Part shown: positions 16,799 through 26,024 of the stretch, piece after piece
Position numbering within the stretch: the first letter of the stretch is position 1
Layout of the letters: the number at the start of each line of letters is the position of its first letter
Source of the DNA: Gemmatimonadaceae bacterium
GTDB taxonomy: Bacteria > Gemmatimonadota > Gemmatimonadetes > Gemmatimonadales > Gemmatimonadaceae
Reading direction: 5' to 3'
DNA: 59,958 nt
NCBI GenBank assembly: GCA_036377755.1
Contig: DASUXX010000171.1
Span: forward strand, 1-59,958
Notes under the pieces: generated by a model
Told to the model about the DNA's origin: nothing
Seen by the model: only the letters and a program-made list of their open reading frames with translations
Databases searched by the model: none
Made by a program: the position numbers and the translations under genes

Positions 16799-18237
16799 GC
16801 AGGGTGAGCGCAAGTGGAAAGTCTCACAAGCTGTGGGGCGGAAGATTCTCTGTCCCCACGGCTGCTTCACTCGAGGCGCTCAATCGCTCCATAACCACTG
16901 ACTTTCGTTTGTGGCCGCATGACATTCGTCTTTCGAAAGCGTGGGCGATGGCATTGTGGGGCGCTGGTGTGCTCACGCTCGAGGAAAGCCGCGAGATAGA
17001 AGCGGGCCTGACTAAAGTCGCAGCGCGCTTCACCGATGGCGCTTCACCCGAGCCGTCGGATGAAGACGTGCATACGATGATCGACCGCATGCTTCATGAA
17101 GAAATCGGAGACGTTGCGTCGAAGCTTCATACGGGACGCAGCCGCAACGATCAGGTCTCTACTGCAACGCGTCTCTGGACGATGGATGCTGTCCTGGATC
17201 TCGATAATGCCGTTCGAGCGCTGCAGCAGGTGATGATCGACCAGGCGATTACCGTCGAAACCGACCTGATCCCTGCATACACACACTTGCAGCGGGCGCA
17301 GCCGGTCAGCGCTGCACACTGGATGCTCTCGCATTTCTGGCCGCTCGAACGTGATCGCAATCGTCTTCAGGCTGCTGGAAAGTCTGCGGCTGTGCTTCCA
17401 CTTGGGTCCGGTGCAATCGCAGGTTCCGCGTATCCGATATCTCGCGTTCTTCTGCAGGGAAGTCTTGGCTTCTCTGCCCTTTCGCCCAACAGCATCGATG
17501 CTGTTGGCGATCGCGATTTCATCGCGGAGCTTCTTTTCACCGTTGCCCTCATCGGCGCGCATCTGTCACGTCTTGCAGAAGACCTCATCCTTTATGGATC
17601 CAGCGAGTTCGGCTTCGTGAAATTCGGCGAAGCATTTACGACGGGATCGAGCATGATGCCGCAGAAGCGAAATCCCGATGCGCTCGAGCTTGCACGCGCT
17701 TCAGGAGCACGCACACTCGGCGAGCTCACTGCCCTCCTCGCAACCCTTAAAGGTTTGCCGAGTGGCTATAACAAGGATTTGCAGGACGACAAGCGGGCTC
17801 TGTTCGGTGCCGTCGATCTGATCATGCTTGTGCTTCCTGCTGTGACCGGCGCTCTTGGCGAAATCACTTTTGATCGTGCGCGGATGAAAGCGGCGCTGTC
17901 GACCACGATGATGGCGACTGATCTCGCGGATTATCTCGTTGGAAAAGGATCGACTTTTCGCGAGGCGCATGAGGCCGTCGGCACATTGATTCGCGAGGCG
18001 GAATTAAAAGATTGCGAGCTCACCGAGCTTCCTTTGTCGAGCTTCGCTGCGACGAACGCATTGTTCGGCAACGATGTCATGGACTGGCTCGATCCTGTTC
18101 AATCGGTTGCTCGCCGGGGAGTACCCGGTGGAACGGGGCCTGAGGCTGTCCGGGCGCAGATTGCCGCGGCAGAGGCAGCGATTCGTCCAGCGCGGGATAC
18201 GCCACGCGGAAACGAGCTCAAGCTGGAACTAGTTTGA
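16786..18237 (+). CDS. argH: Argininosuccinate lyase
   Basis: [38 protein letters not shown]; start may be GTG 16804. Confidence 0.96.
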   Translation: MAGLSRVSASGKSHKLWGGRFSVPTAASLEALNRSITTDFRLWPHDIRLSKAWAMALWGAGVLTLEESREIEAGLTKVAARFTDGASPEPSDEDVHTMIDRMLHEEIGDVASKLHTGRSRNDQVSTATRLWTMDAVLDLDNAVRALQQVMIDQAITVETDLIPAYTHLQRAQPVSAAHWMLSHFWPLERDRNRLQAAGKSAAVLPLGSGAIAGSAYPISRVLLQGSLGFSALSPNSIDAVGDRDFIAELLFTVALIGAHLSRLAEDLILYGSSEFGFVKFGEAFTTGSSMMPQKRNPDALELARASGARTLGELTALLATLKGLPSGYNKDLQDDKRALFGAVDLIMLVLPAVTGALGEITFDRARMKAALSTTMMATDLADYLVGKGSTFREAHEAVGTLIREAELKDCELTELPLSSFAATNALFGNDVMDWLDPVQSVARRGVPGGTGPEAVRAQIAAAEAAIRPARDTPRGNELKLELV

Positions 18238-18265
18238 TCGTTATCTAACTCAGTCAATAATAAAG

Positions 18266-18296
18266 AAACCGGGCGGAGATTTTCCGCCCGGTTTTT
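18266..18296. terminator. Intrinsic terminator after argH (probably bidirectional)
   Basis: AAACCGGGCGGA-GATTT-TCCGCCCGGTTTTT. Confidence 0.88.
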
Positions 18297-18307
18297 ATTA
18301 TCGCCGC

Positions 18308-18889
18308 TTAGAGGCTGATTCCGAACGTCACCGGAACGAACTGGGTAGGACGGCTGCGATCAAATCCGTCCTTGGTAAAGATGTGGTGGTAGCGCGCCTC
18401 GATGAAAGCGTTGAAGCCGCTCAGCGGGAATGCCGCACCAATTCCACCGTTTACGCCGAATTTGTTCTGGCTGTCCGGCGAATCTGCATCATCGACATCG
18501 AGCTTGAGATTGTAGATCCCGGCGCCTCCGATCAGGTAGGGTGTCATGCCTGTGCCCGGAAGATTGTAGACAATGTTCGCGTTTGCGCCTGATATAACTG
18601 CGGCGTCAACGACGCCGAATCCTGGCACTGCGATGGTTCGATCATCCTTTACGCTCATCTTGTTGTACATCCCGTCGATGCGAAGTCCGATCGGGCTTCC
18701 GTACGATTTCATAATGAGCGAGAGTGTTCCGTTATAGCCGGTGGTATAGTCGTCTCCGAAGTCGCCAACGGGAATGGCGGCGCCGGCTGAGATGCCCAGG
18801 CTGATTGGTTTTGAAGATTGAGCCGATGCGATCGTCGGCGAAAGGAGTGCAGCTGAGATGATTGCGGCTGCTGTAATTCTTTTGATCAT
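18308..18889 (-). CDS. Outer-membrane 8-stranded beta-barrel protein
   Basis: Signal peptide (ASA-Q), PYLIGGAG, FGVNGGIG, FIEARYH, terminal PVTFGISL. Confidence 0.8.
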   Translation of the reverse strand: MIKRITAAAIISAALLSPTIASAQSSKPISLGISAGAAIPVGDFGDDYTTGYNGTLSLIMKSYGSPIGLRIDGMYNKMSVKDDRTIAVPGFGVVDAAVISGANANIVYNLPGTGMTPYLIGGAGIYNLKLDVDDADSPDSQNKFGVNGGIGAAFPLSGFNAFIEARYHHIFTKDGFDRSRPTQFVPVTFGISL

Positions 18890-19033
18890 GCCTTGCTCCT
18901 GCTTAGGTGCTGGTAGTGAGCTGTTACTGCATGCTCGTGATTCTCAGTAAGTACCACGGGGTCGTGGCAATTGTTGCACCTTGCAGGAACGCTCGTTGTC
19001 TATATTAATATCCTTTCGTGTTAGGATAATTTT

Positions 19034-19420
19034 GTGCGTGCCTACACCGTCGCCACGGCTGCGGTAACCCTGAAGATGCCCGAGAAATGGGTCGACAATG
19101 TTCTCTCGCACTACCGAGTGGACGGTGTCTCCCAATCCCGGCAGGGCGTCGCAAGGAGACTCACCGCCGAAGCCTTGTTACTGATCGAGCTGGCACTCAG
19201 GCTCTCGCGCGCCCTGTCCATACCGATGGGTAAAGCCATTGTCCTGGCAAGCTCGATACATCGCTCAGAACACGCGACAGTACAGGTAGAGCAGGGAATC
19301 ACGTTGGCGGTTGACCTCGATATCCTGCGGGGTCATTTGAACCAGCGGCTCGCCGAGGCGGTGGAAGTTGCACCAATCCCGCGGCGTGGACGCCCGCCTC
19401 GAGATCTCCCGAAAGCATGA
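19034..19420 (+). CDS. Hypothetical protein, possible MerR-like HTH with C-terminal AT-hook-like RRGRP
   Basis: YTVATAAVTL..KWVDN..RRL pattern; IPRRGRPPR tail; extended -10 directly upstream. Confidence 0.65.
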   Translation: MRAYTVATAAVTLKMPEKWVDNVLSHYRVDGVSQSRQGVARRLTAEALLLIELALRLSRALSIPMGKAIVLASSIHRSEHATVQVEQGITLAVDLDILRGHLNQRLAEAVEVAPIPRRGRPPRDLPKA

Positions 19421-19445
19421 AGGGGTGCCTCTCGGCACCCCTTCA
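19418..19445. terminator. Terminator hairpin between convergent genes
   Basis: TGAAGGGGTGCC-TCTC-GGCACCCCTTCA. Confidence 0.8.
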
Positions 19446-19475
19446 GTCATTCAATTGTCTTGTGCAACCCGCGCC

Positions 19476-19685
19476 TCAGCTGCTCTTCGTGACGTTCTCA
19501 GCCGCTGGACCTTTCTGTCCTTCGACGATATCGAACTCCACCGTATCACCTTCGGCGAGAGACTTGAATCCGTTTCCGGAGATCGCGCTGTAGTGCACGA
19601 AGCAGTCCTTCTGTCCGTTGTCAGGGGTGATGAAGCCAAAGCCCTTCGCATCGTTGAACCACTTTACCTTGCCGGTCGTACGCAT
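19476..19685 (-). CDS. cspA: Cold-shock protein
   Basis: [15 protein letters not shown] (RNP1), FVHYSAI (RNP2). Confidence 0.95.
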   Translation of the reverse strand: MRTTGKVKWFNDAKGFGFITPDNGQKDCFVHYSAISGNGFKSLAEGDTVEFDIVEGQKGPAAENVTKSS

Positions 19686-19848
19686 TCCTGCTCCTGGTAA
19701 AAAATCCCGAATCGGACCAACCGATCCGGGGCACTGTGGCTACGCCCACTGTGGGCTTCGCCGGATGAAGCACTCGAGGATCCCTGACAGGGCTCCCAAG
19801 GCCGGGTTACTCGGCCGAAAGCATACAATCGTCTGGAAATACGGTCAA
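19686..19848 (-). promoter_or_regulatory. Sigma70 promoter and long structured 5' UTR of the csp gene
   Basis: TTGACC(19848-19843)-17bp-TATGCT(19825-19820); leader of about 125-130 nt with several hairpins. Confidence 0.7.
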
Positions 19849-19859
19849 TAGAAAATTGT

Positions 19860-20273
19860 TCAATTTTCAACGATACGAACATTTGTGATATAATACTGGG
19901 TTTCCCCGAAGCACCGCGTCGGCACACCGCGGTGTTCCTCGTAAGTCAGCGAGACACGTTTGCCGAGGTTCTTCTCGATCAGGTGAGCGATCGAGTCATT
20001 GCGAACGCTGAATTTGAAAATCTCAGGCATCGCGCCCGGCAGATTCGCCATTGCAAGCTCGCCTTCCCACGTTTTGCAGATCCATCCCCGCTGTGAAATC
20101 TTCTGAGCGTATCCAGCGCGGTCACCTTTTGAATACGCATAATTCAGAGTGAGTCCGGCCCAACCCGCAAAAAGGAGAATGGGTACCAGAATCACGAGCA
20201 GGAGCGTGATCAGCTTCCAGTGACGGCGCCTCCAGGAAGGGTTTGTCGCTACAGGGGTATCAGCATCAGCCAT
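19860..20273 (-). CDS. Conserved hypothetical membrane-anchored protein
   Basis: One TM helix, then YSKGDRAG..KISQRGWICKTWEGEL..FSVR..YEEH..GETQY, a recognisable uncharacterised family pattern. Confidence 0.75.
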   Translation of the reverse strand: MADADTPVATNPSWRRRHWKLITLLLVILVPILLFAGWAGLTLNYAYSKGDRAGYAQKISQRGWICKTWEGELAMANLPGAMPEIFKFSVRNDSIAHLIEKNLGKRVSLTYEEHRGVPTRCFGETQYYITNVRIVEN

Positions 20274-20340
20274 CGCAAACGCTCCAATAGGCGGGGTTTC
20301 GCTGGAGAATTAGCTTTATCTCGAAGCCAAAGATAACGAA

Positions 20341-21576
20341 GTGACTTTCAGACCACGCAGAAAAACAGTCTCCGCGTCAGTCGGTGGAGTGCCGGTAGGC
20401 TCGGCACACCCGATCGTCGTGCAGTCCATGACCAACACGGACACGGCCGACGCTCAAGCGACGGCCGCGCAGGTTGCGGCACTCGCCGAGGCGGGATCGC
20501 AGATCGTCCGCATCACGGTCAATAACGACGAAGCTGCTCGCGCCGTTCCCGAGATCGCTGAGCGCCTGTCGTCGATGGGCGTGCAGGTGCCGCTCGTTGG
20601 AGACTTCCACTACAACGGACATCTCCTTCTCGCGAATTATCCCGATACTGCGCGCGTTCTCGCCAAGTATCGCATCAATCCCGGCAACGTCGGCAGCAAG
20701 CGGCGCGACGAGAACTTCAGCATTATCGCGCGTATCGCGGCGGAGAATGGAAAGACTGTTCGAATCGGTGTGAACTGGGGATCACTCGATCAGGACCTTC
20801 TCACTCGCATGATGAACGAAAATGCGAGCCGGCCTGATCCGATCAGCGCGAAGGAAGTTTACATCGAGGCAATGCTCGAGAGTGCGCTTCGCTCCGCAGA
20901 GCTCGCCGAGGAATGCGGCGTTCCTCACAACGCAATCATCATCTCGGCGAAAGTCTCAGGCGTGCAGGATCTCGTCGAGGTTTATCGTCGCCTTGCATCA
21001 CGCTGCGATTATCCGCTGCATCTCGGTCTCACCGAAGCAGGGATGGGAAGTAAGGGAATCATTGCGAGCACTGCTGCGCTTTCGATTCTATTGTCAGAGG
21101 GCATTGGCGACACGATTCGTGTTTCTCTCACGCCAAAGCCAAACGGCGATCGCACGGAGGAAGTGCTTGTCGCGCAGCAGATTCTCCAGTCTCTTGACCT
21201 GCGGCGCTTCAATCCCCAGGTCACAGCTTGTCCTGGATGTGGAAGAACTACGTCGACGTTCTTCCAGCACATGGCTGAAGACATTCAGACATATCTGCGC
21301 GAGCAGATGCCTGTCTGGCGCACACGATATCCCGGCGTGAGTGATCTCAAGGTCGCCGTAATGGGCTGCGTCGTTAATGGTCCTGGTGAATCGAAGCATG
21401 CGAACATCGGCATCTCGCTGCCGGGAACCTTCGAAGAGCCAAAAGCGCCGGTCTACGTCGACGGAAAGCTCATGATCACACTCAAAGGCGACAACATCGT
21501 GCCTGAATTCCTGCAGATTCTCGAGGATTATGTCGAGCGCACGTACGCGGTACAGCAGGAAACGGTAACGGTTTAG
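20341..21576 (+). CDS. ispG: (E)-4-hydroxy-3-methylbut-2-enyl-diphosphate synthase
   Basis: [51 protein letters not shown]. Confidence 0.97.
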   Translation: MTFRPRRKTVSASVGGVPVGSAHPIVVQSMTNTDTADAQATAAQVAALAEAGSQIVRITVNNDEAARAVPEIAERLSSMGVQVPLVGDFHYNGHLLLANYPDTARVLAKYRINPGNVGSKRRDENFSIIARIAAENGKTVRIGVNWGSLDQDLLTRMMNENASRPDPISAKEVYIEAMLESALRSAELAEECGVPHNAIIISAKVSGVQDLVEVYRRLASRCDYPLHLGLTEAGMGSKGIIASTAALSILLSEGIGDTIRVSLTPKPNGDRTEEVLVAQQILQSLDLRRFNPQVTACPGCGRTTSTFFQHMAEDIQTYLREQMPVWRTRYPGVSDLKVAVMGCVVNGPGESKHANIGISLPGTFEEPKAPVYVDGKLMITLKGDNIVPEFLQILEDYVERTYAVQQETVTV

Positions 21577-22178
21577 TCCAGCCCCTCGAGCGCGTCAACT
21601 GCACCGCGCAGCTCGTCCATTATCGAAGCGTTGAATCCAGCCCCTGAAAGGCGATCGCAGATGTCGCGATACCATTTCACGGTTGCGCTGCGTCCGCCGC
21701 TCGTGCGTGACCACACTACGTTGCGATCCACAGTTCGTCTCAGGTCGGAGAGAAGGGAATTCGCAGTATGCACTTTGTCGGCGGCGAACACCCATAGTGC
21801 CGACTCCGTTGCATCATCCAGTCGGCCGAGAATATCTTCGCGCCGCTCCTCGAGCGACATCTCGATACCGTCATCGTCGACCTTTCGTTGAGTGATTGTG
21901 AGCACCATTGCGAGCTCTTCGGCACCGAACTTCTCGCCGATTCTCTGATCGAGCATGTCACGGGTGTAGCCTTCGCGCACCCAGTCCTGAACTACATCGT
22001 GAAGAATACCGGCAACAACCTCACTCTCTTCTCGATCATAGCGAGCGAGAATGACTGCTACATTTGCCGGCTGCGTGAGATAGGGGGCGCGCGTTCCTTT
22101 TCTCACCTGGCGGTCGTGATGTTTTGCTGCGAACGCGAATGCATGGTTAATCGCGTCAGAGTATCCCCGCGTCATCAT
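21573..22178 (-). CDS. HD-domain protein, Mesh1/small alarmone hydrolase-like (degenerate)
   Basis: [28 protein letters not shown]; ATGA overlap with the upstream GAF gene. Confidence 0.8.
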   Translation of the reverse strand: MMTRGYSDAINHAFAFAAKHHDRQVRKGTRAPYLTQPANVAVILARYDREESEVVAGILHDVVQDWVREGYTRDMLDQRIGEKFGAEELAMVLTITQRKVDDDGIEMSLEERREDILGRLDDATESALWVFAADKVHTANSLLSDLRRTVDRNVVWSRTSGGRSATVKWYRDICDRLSGAGFNASIMDELRGAVDALEGLD

Positions 22179-22666
22179 CTCTTTTTCGCGAACCATGCGA
22201 CTACGCGCTCGAGTCCCTCGCGATCTTCTTCGTCGAAGGAACCAGGCGTCTCGGAATCGATATCGAGAACAGCGATCAAATCATTTGCTGCATTGAAAAC
22301 CGGAACGACAATCTCGGAGCGCGATCGTGCATCACAGGCGATGTGACCCGGGAATTCGTTGACGTCTTCCACGATCACGGTGCGACGCTCACTGGCCGCA
22401 GTTCCGCAGACACCTCTGCCAAACTGAATCTCCATGCAGCCGAGTGTGCCTTGATAGGGGCCGACACGAAGGAGCTCGTTCGGTTTCACGACCCGATAAA
22501 AGCCAGCCCATAAATGTCCGAACCCGTTGTATATGAGTGCGCTGATTGTCGCCATTGCCGCGACGTCGTCGTCGATTCCTTCCAGCACGGCTTCAGTCTG
22601 ACCCAGGAGCTCAGCGTAAGCCTCCGTCGCTGGGAGACCGCGCAGATCGATTGTTGTCTCAGCCAT
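22175..22666 (-). CDS. msrC: GAF-domain free methionine-(R)-sulfoxide reductase
   Basis: WAGFY, GPYQG..C..I.FGRGVCG, FPGHIACD..SRSEIVVP, VLDIDS. Confidence 0.85.
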   Translation of the reverse strand: MAETTIDLRGLPATEAYAELLGQTEAVLEGIDDDVAAMATISALIYNGFGHLWAGFYRVVKPNELLRVGPYQGTLGCMEIQFGRGVCGTAASERRTVIVEDVNEFPGHIACDARSRSEIVVPVFNAANDLIAVLDIDSETPGSFDEEDREGLERVVAWFAKKR

Positions 22667-22675
22667 TCCTGATTT

Positions 22676-24397
22676 TCAGCGGACTCCCGCGAGATTGAGC
22701 GAGCCAGTGCCCCGTCTCTGGCTCGATTCGCCGCGCTCATCGTTTGCTTCGATCACGGGCATGTCGTCGTTCCAGAGAACGAGTCCGTGAATTCTGAGAT
22801 CCAGTGATCGAAGTCCTTCGACTTCTTCCTTGAGCCGCGCAATTCTCGTGTGCGCTACTCTCGCACACAATACTACATCAGGTCCGGGGATGATGCTGGC
22901 GCGCCCATGTTGCACGTATGCTGTCGGAGCAGCGATGACGATGAGATCATAGCGTCGCTCCATGCGCGCAAAATCACCGCGAATGCGCTGCGCTGCCGCT
23001 ACATCCTGAATGCCGCCATGTTTTGCACCGCTTGGCAGCACATCGAGCATCCGGTCTCGTCCAACAGCTGTCGATACAATCGATGAAGGCCAGTCTGAAG
23101 CACCAGATATGATTCCCGACAACCCCGGCTGCGATGGAATCTTGAAAATACTCGCAATTGTCGATGTTGCGGGATCTACATCGACGAGCAGCGTACTGCG
23201 CGCTTCGTACGCCGCAGCGGCCGCGATATTCGCTGCAACGGTTGCAACGATTGCCGAATCATCGCCTGCAACGGTGACAATCGGGACGTTCGCTTCCGTC
23301 GCAGCGAGATGGAGATAAAGCCTCCGATAGCTCTCTGACATCACGTCGATCAACGGTGGCACTGAGACGTCAGCCTGCCGGCGGCTTCTCTCTGGAAGTA
23401 TCTCCGCGGGCTCGATCACGCTGAGAACACGTACACCTGTCACCTGTTCGGCTTCTCGCGCATCCGCGACGGTTGGGCTCTTGAGCTCGAGGAGAAGAGA
23501 CGCCCCGAACCCGACTGTCATCGCGAGAACCAGCGCAGCAGCGAGCATTGCCAGCGGTGGCGCTCCGACATTTGCCAGATCGCGTGCCCGCTCTGTCTCC
23601 TTGTCAATCCGCTGGTTGATCGCTCGCATCTGCGCAAGCGTCGCGAGGGCTTCTGCATAAGTGCGCACACCTGCTTCGCGCTGTGCGATGTAGCGCGCGG
23701 TGTCGACGCGCGGTCTTGGCGGTGGCGGTGGAGCAGCAGGTCGAAGCGTCGCCAGCTCCTGTCTCGCCTGTACACGCTTCGATTCGGCGATCGCCTGAAT
23801 GGACCGGCCAACCGCAGTTGCGCGTGATGTGAGCGCTACATAAACCGGATCCACACCGCCGACTGTCCCAAACGCGTCCCGCTCACGCTCGATATCCGCG
23901 AGTGAATCGAGAAGTGCGCGAACTACAGGATCAGAAGCAAGCGATGGCGCGGTTGCCAGAGCGCGATACGAAACGGGAAGGGGAGCGTTATCGGCTCTGT
24001 CGATCAGTCGATTTAAAGTTGCCACTTCCTCGGCAAGTATCTGCCGTCGTGCAACTGCTTCCGGCGGAAACGTATCTACGACTGGCACTGCAGGCGCGAC
24101 TGGGACGACCGGCTGCCGTGCAATGCGAAGTATCGAATCTGCCTGCGCGATTTGCAGCGCTGCGCGATTGCGAATCGCGACGGTCCTGTTCGAATCAGGC
24201 CGCTCTTCGAGAGTCGAAGAGACGCGAATTGCAGCGCGTGTCGCCTGCCCGGGCACCAGGACGAATGCAATGAGCGACGCAATGAACATGAGTCCACCGA
24301 CAATCCCCATTACTGCAAACCGTCGCGATGCATTGCGTGATCGCGATGAGGTCCACAGGTATGTGGCTCCGCCGAATGGACTTCTCAGAGTTGCCAT
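22676..24397 (-). CDS. Wzc/CpsD-like membrane protein with degenerate ATPase domain
   Basis: Two TM helices flanking a coiled-coil region; ESYRRL, LLVDVD, PGLS, LDVLPSG, YDLIVIAAP, GLVLWN; no Walker A lysine. Confidence 0.7.
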   Translation of the reverse strand: MATLRSPFGGATYLWTSSRSRNASRRFAVMGIVGGLMFIASLIAFVLVPGQATRAAIRVSSTLEERPDSNRTVAIRNRAALQIAQADSILRIARQPVVPVAPAVPVVDTFPPEAVARRQILAEEVATLNRLIDRADNAPLPVSYRALATAPSLASDPVVRALLDSLADIERERDAFGTVGGVDPVYVALTSRATAVGRSIQAIAESKRVQARQELATLRPAAPPPPPRPRVDTARYIAQREAGVRTYAEALATLAQMRAINQRIDKETERARDLANVGAPPLAMLAAALVLAMTVGFGASLLLELKSPTVADAREAEQVTGVRVLSVIEPAEILPERSRRQADVSVPPLIDVMSESYRRLYLHLAATEANVPIVTVAGDDSAIVATVAANIAAAAAYEARSTLLVDVDPATSTIASIFKIPSQPGLSGIISGASDWPSSIVSTAVGRDRMLDVLPSGAKHGGIQDVAAAQRIRGDFARMERRYDLIVIAAPTAYVQHGRASIIPGPDVVLCARVAHTRIARLKEEVEGLRSLDLRIHGLVLWNDDMPVIEANDERGESSQRRGTGSLNLAGVR

Positions 24398-25353
24398 CGG
24401 TCCTGCATTGCGTGAGTGATTGCCAGCACTGCGCGTTCTTTTTCCTTTGCCTCAACGTCGATCGTCATCGCTTTCCCGAGCCATTCGTCCGGAACGTCTG
24501 CCGGATTGATGAAATCAGCATGCATTCTCGGATTAGCTGATCCCCAGCCTGTCTTCGGTGACGAGATGTGCATCCATGGCTCACGCGTACCCCACGTTTC
24601 CATTGCGCGGCTTGTCACCTCTGCCACAGACAGTCCATCAGGTTTGCAACGATGATGATGAATATCGTAGATGAATGGTATACCCATGCGCTCGCAGAAG
24701 GGGAGGAGGTCCAAGGGTGAAAAAGACCTGTCGTCATTCTCCAGGGCCAGCAGCCCTCTTGCTGCGGCACTGAGTCTGTCGACTCCCCGCTCGAGGCGGT
24801 CGAGTGCAGCTTCCTTGCCTCCAGCAGCTCCTCCAGCATGCAAGGTGAGAGCCTGCGCTCCCACCAATTGCGCTACGCCGGCCTGATGCTCGAGCTCCTG
24901 AACCGATGAGGCCACCACGCGCTCCGATTCGGAATTCAAGACCACGAACTGGTCGGGGTGAAAGCTCAATCTTACGTCGTATTCGCGCGCCTTGCGTGCC
25001 GCCTTCGCGAGTGTCGACCTGATCTTGTTCCAACCGGGAAGATCAGCGGGCGAATAGCCGCTTTCGGGGTGTGTGGCGAGAGGCATGAACTGGCTCGTGA
25101 TCCTGAAGGCGTGAATTCCGAGCTCGTTACAGCGTGTTATTGCATCGATTAACGCGTTGCCGTTCGAGAAAACAATCCCGGCGAGATATTCCCTGCTTGC
25201 GTTGCGATCGAGCGTGGACGAATAACGGTGGGTGGCTTGCCGAAAACGAACCGGTGAATCGAGGAACTGGCAGCAAAGTCCCCATCGTGGCTGCGCGCTA
25301 CGCGCAAAAAAAGCGGGAGCATCGAATGATGCCCCCGCTTTTTTCTTCGGCAT
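24385..25353 (-). CDS. uvsE: UV DNA damage endonuclease
   Basis: WGLCC, FRITS, RLSFHPDQFVVLNS, LENDD, YDIHHH, HISS, HADFI, DVEAKEKE. Confidence 0.92.
   Translation of the reverse strand: MPKKKAGASFDAPAFFARSAQPRWGLCCQFLDSPVRFRQATHRYSSTLDRNASREYLAGIVFSNGNALIDAITRCNELGIHAFRITSQFMPLATHPESGYSPADLPGWNKIRSTLAKAARKAREYDVRLSFHPDQFVVLNSESERVVASSVQELEHQAGVAQLVGAQALTLHAGGAAGGKEAALDRLERGVDRLSAAARGLLALENDDRSFSPLDLLPFCERMGIPFIYDIHHHRCKPDGLSVAEVTSRAMETWGTREPWMHISSPKTGWGSANPRMHADFINPADVPDEWLGKAMTIDVEAKEKERAVLAITHAMQDRWQL
25306..25344 (-). terminator. Intrinsic terminator of the cupredoxin gene, inside the first codons of uvsE
   Basis: Minus strand AAAAAAGCGGGGGCATC-ATTC-GATGCTCCCGCTTTTTTT. Confidence 0.8.
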
Positions 25354-25359
25354 TACCTC

Positions 25360-25875
25360 TTACTGAACCGTGATCTCGCCCTTCATTCCGAGGGCAAGGT
25401 GCGGCGTGCAGTGGTAGGGGTACTTGCCGGGCTTGATGTTCGCGAACGAGACGGTGATCGACTCGCCCGGGTTCATCTTGAGAGCGCTCGCAAGCTGGCC
25501 CATCTTCTCGGAGATGTTTGCATCGAGCTGTCCCTGAACGTCAGTCGGGATGCTCGCAGGATCGAACGCAACGTTATGCGGGCCGCCGTTGACGACCGTG
25601 AACTTGATGCCGTCGCCGGCCTTCACCGTGATGTTTGCAGGATCAAAGCGATATCCCTGCGCATCGCCGATCATCTTCACTTCATGAGTGGTGCCCGTGA
25701 CCGCAGCCATCGATGCTGCGCCACCAGCCGGAGCCGCTGTTGCGGGAGCTGGCGTCGTAGTGGCCGCCGAAGTGTCGACTGCAACTGCCGTGGTGTCTCC
25801 GGCTCCCTTGTCACCGCCGGCGCACGCGCCGAGCACAACCGCGCTCGCTGCGAGCGCAATTCCGTAAAACCGCAT
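25360..25875 (-). CDS. Plastocyanin/azurin-family blue copper lipoprotein
   Basis: Lipobox VLGAC, Ala/Thr/Pro linker, PHNVAF and YHCTPHLALGM type-1 copper ligands. Confidence 0.9.
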   Translation of the reverse strand: MRFYGIALAASAVVLGACAGGDKGAGDTTAVAVDTSAATTTPAPATAAPAGGAASMAAVTGTTHEVKMIGDAQGYRFDPANITVKAGDGIKFTVVNGGPHNVAFDPASIPTDVQGQLDANISEKMGQLASALKMNPGESITVSFANIKPGKYPYHCTPHLALGMKGEITVQ

Positions 25876-25950
25876 TTCCTAGTGGCCTCCAGTGCCGTAC
25901 AAGATTACTGCTGGATTGAGATTTCCCGCGGAAAACGTTCCCGCAGATGC

Positions 25951-25968
25951 TTGTGAATTTGTTCACAA
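25951..25968. promoter_or_regulatory. Rex-type operator (also fits the CRP core TGTGA-N6-TCACA)
   Basis: TTGTGAA-TTTG-TTCACAA, 75 bp upstream of the cupredoxin ATG. Confidence 0.75.
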
Positions 25969-26024
25969 AGCATCCGGAAATCAACGTGCGCCCACTCGTG
26001 CGTCAGGAATCGTGCCGGATTTTT

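Noticed and set aside
26003-26018. Sigma54-like CGGCACGATTCCTGA upstream of the cupredoxin gene
   Set aside because: Lacks the invariant GC at -12.
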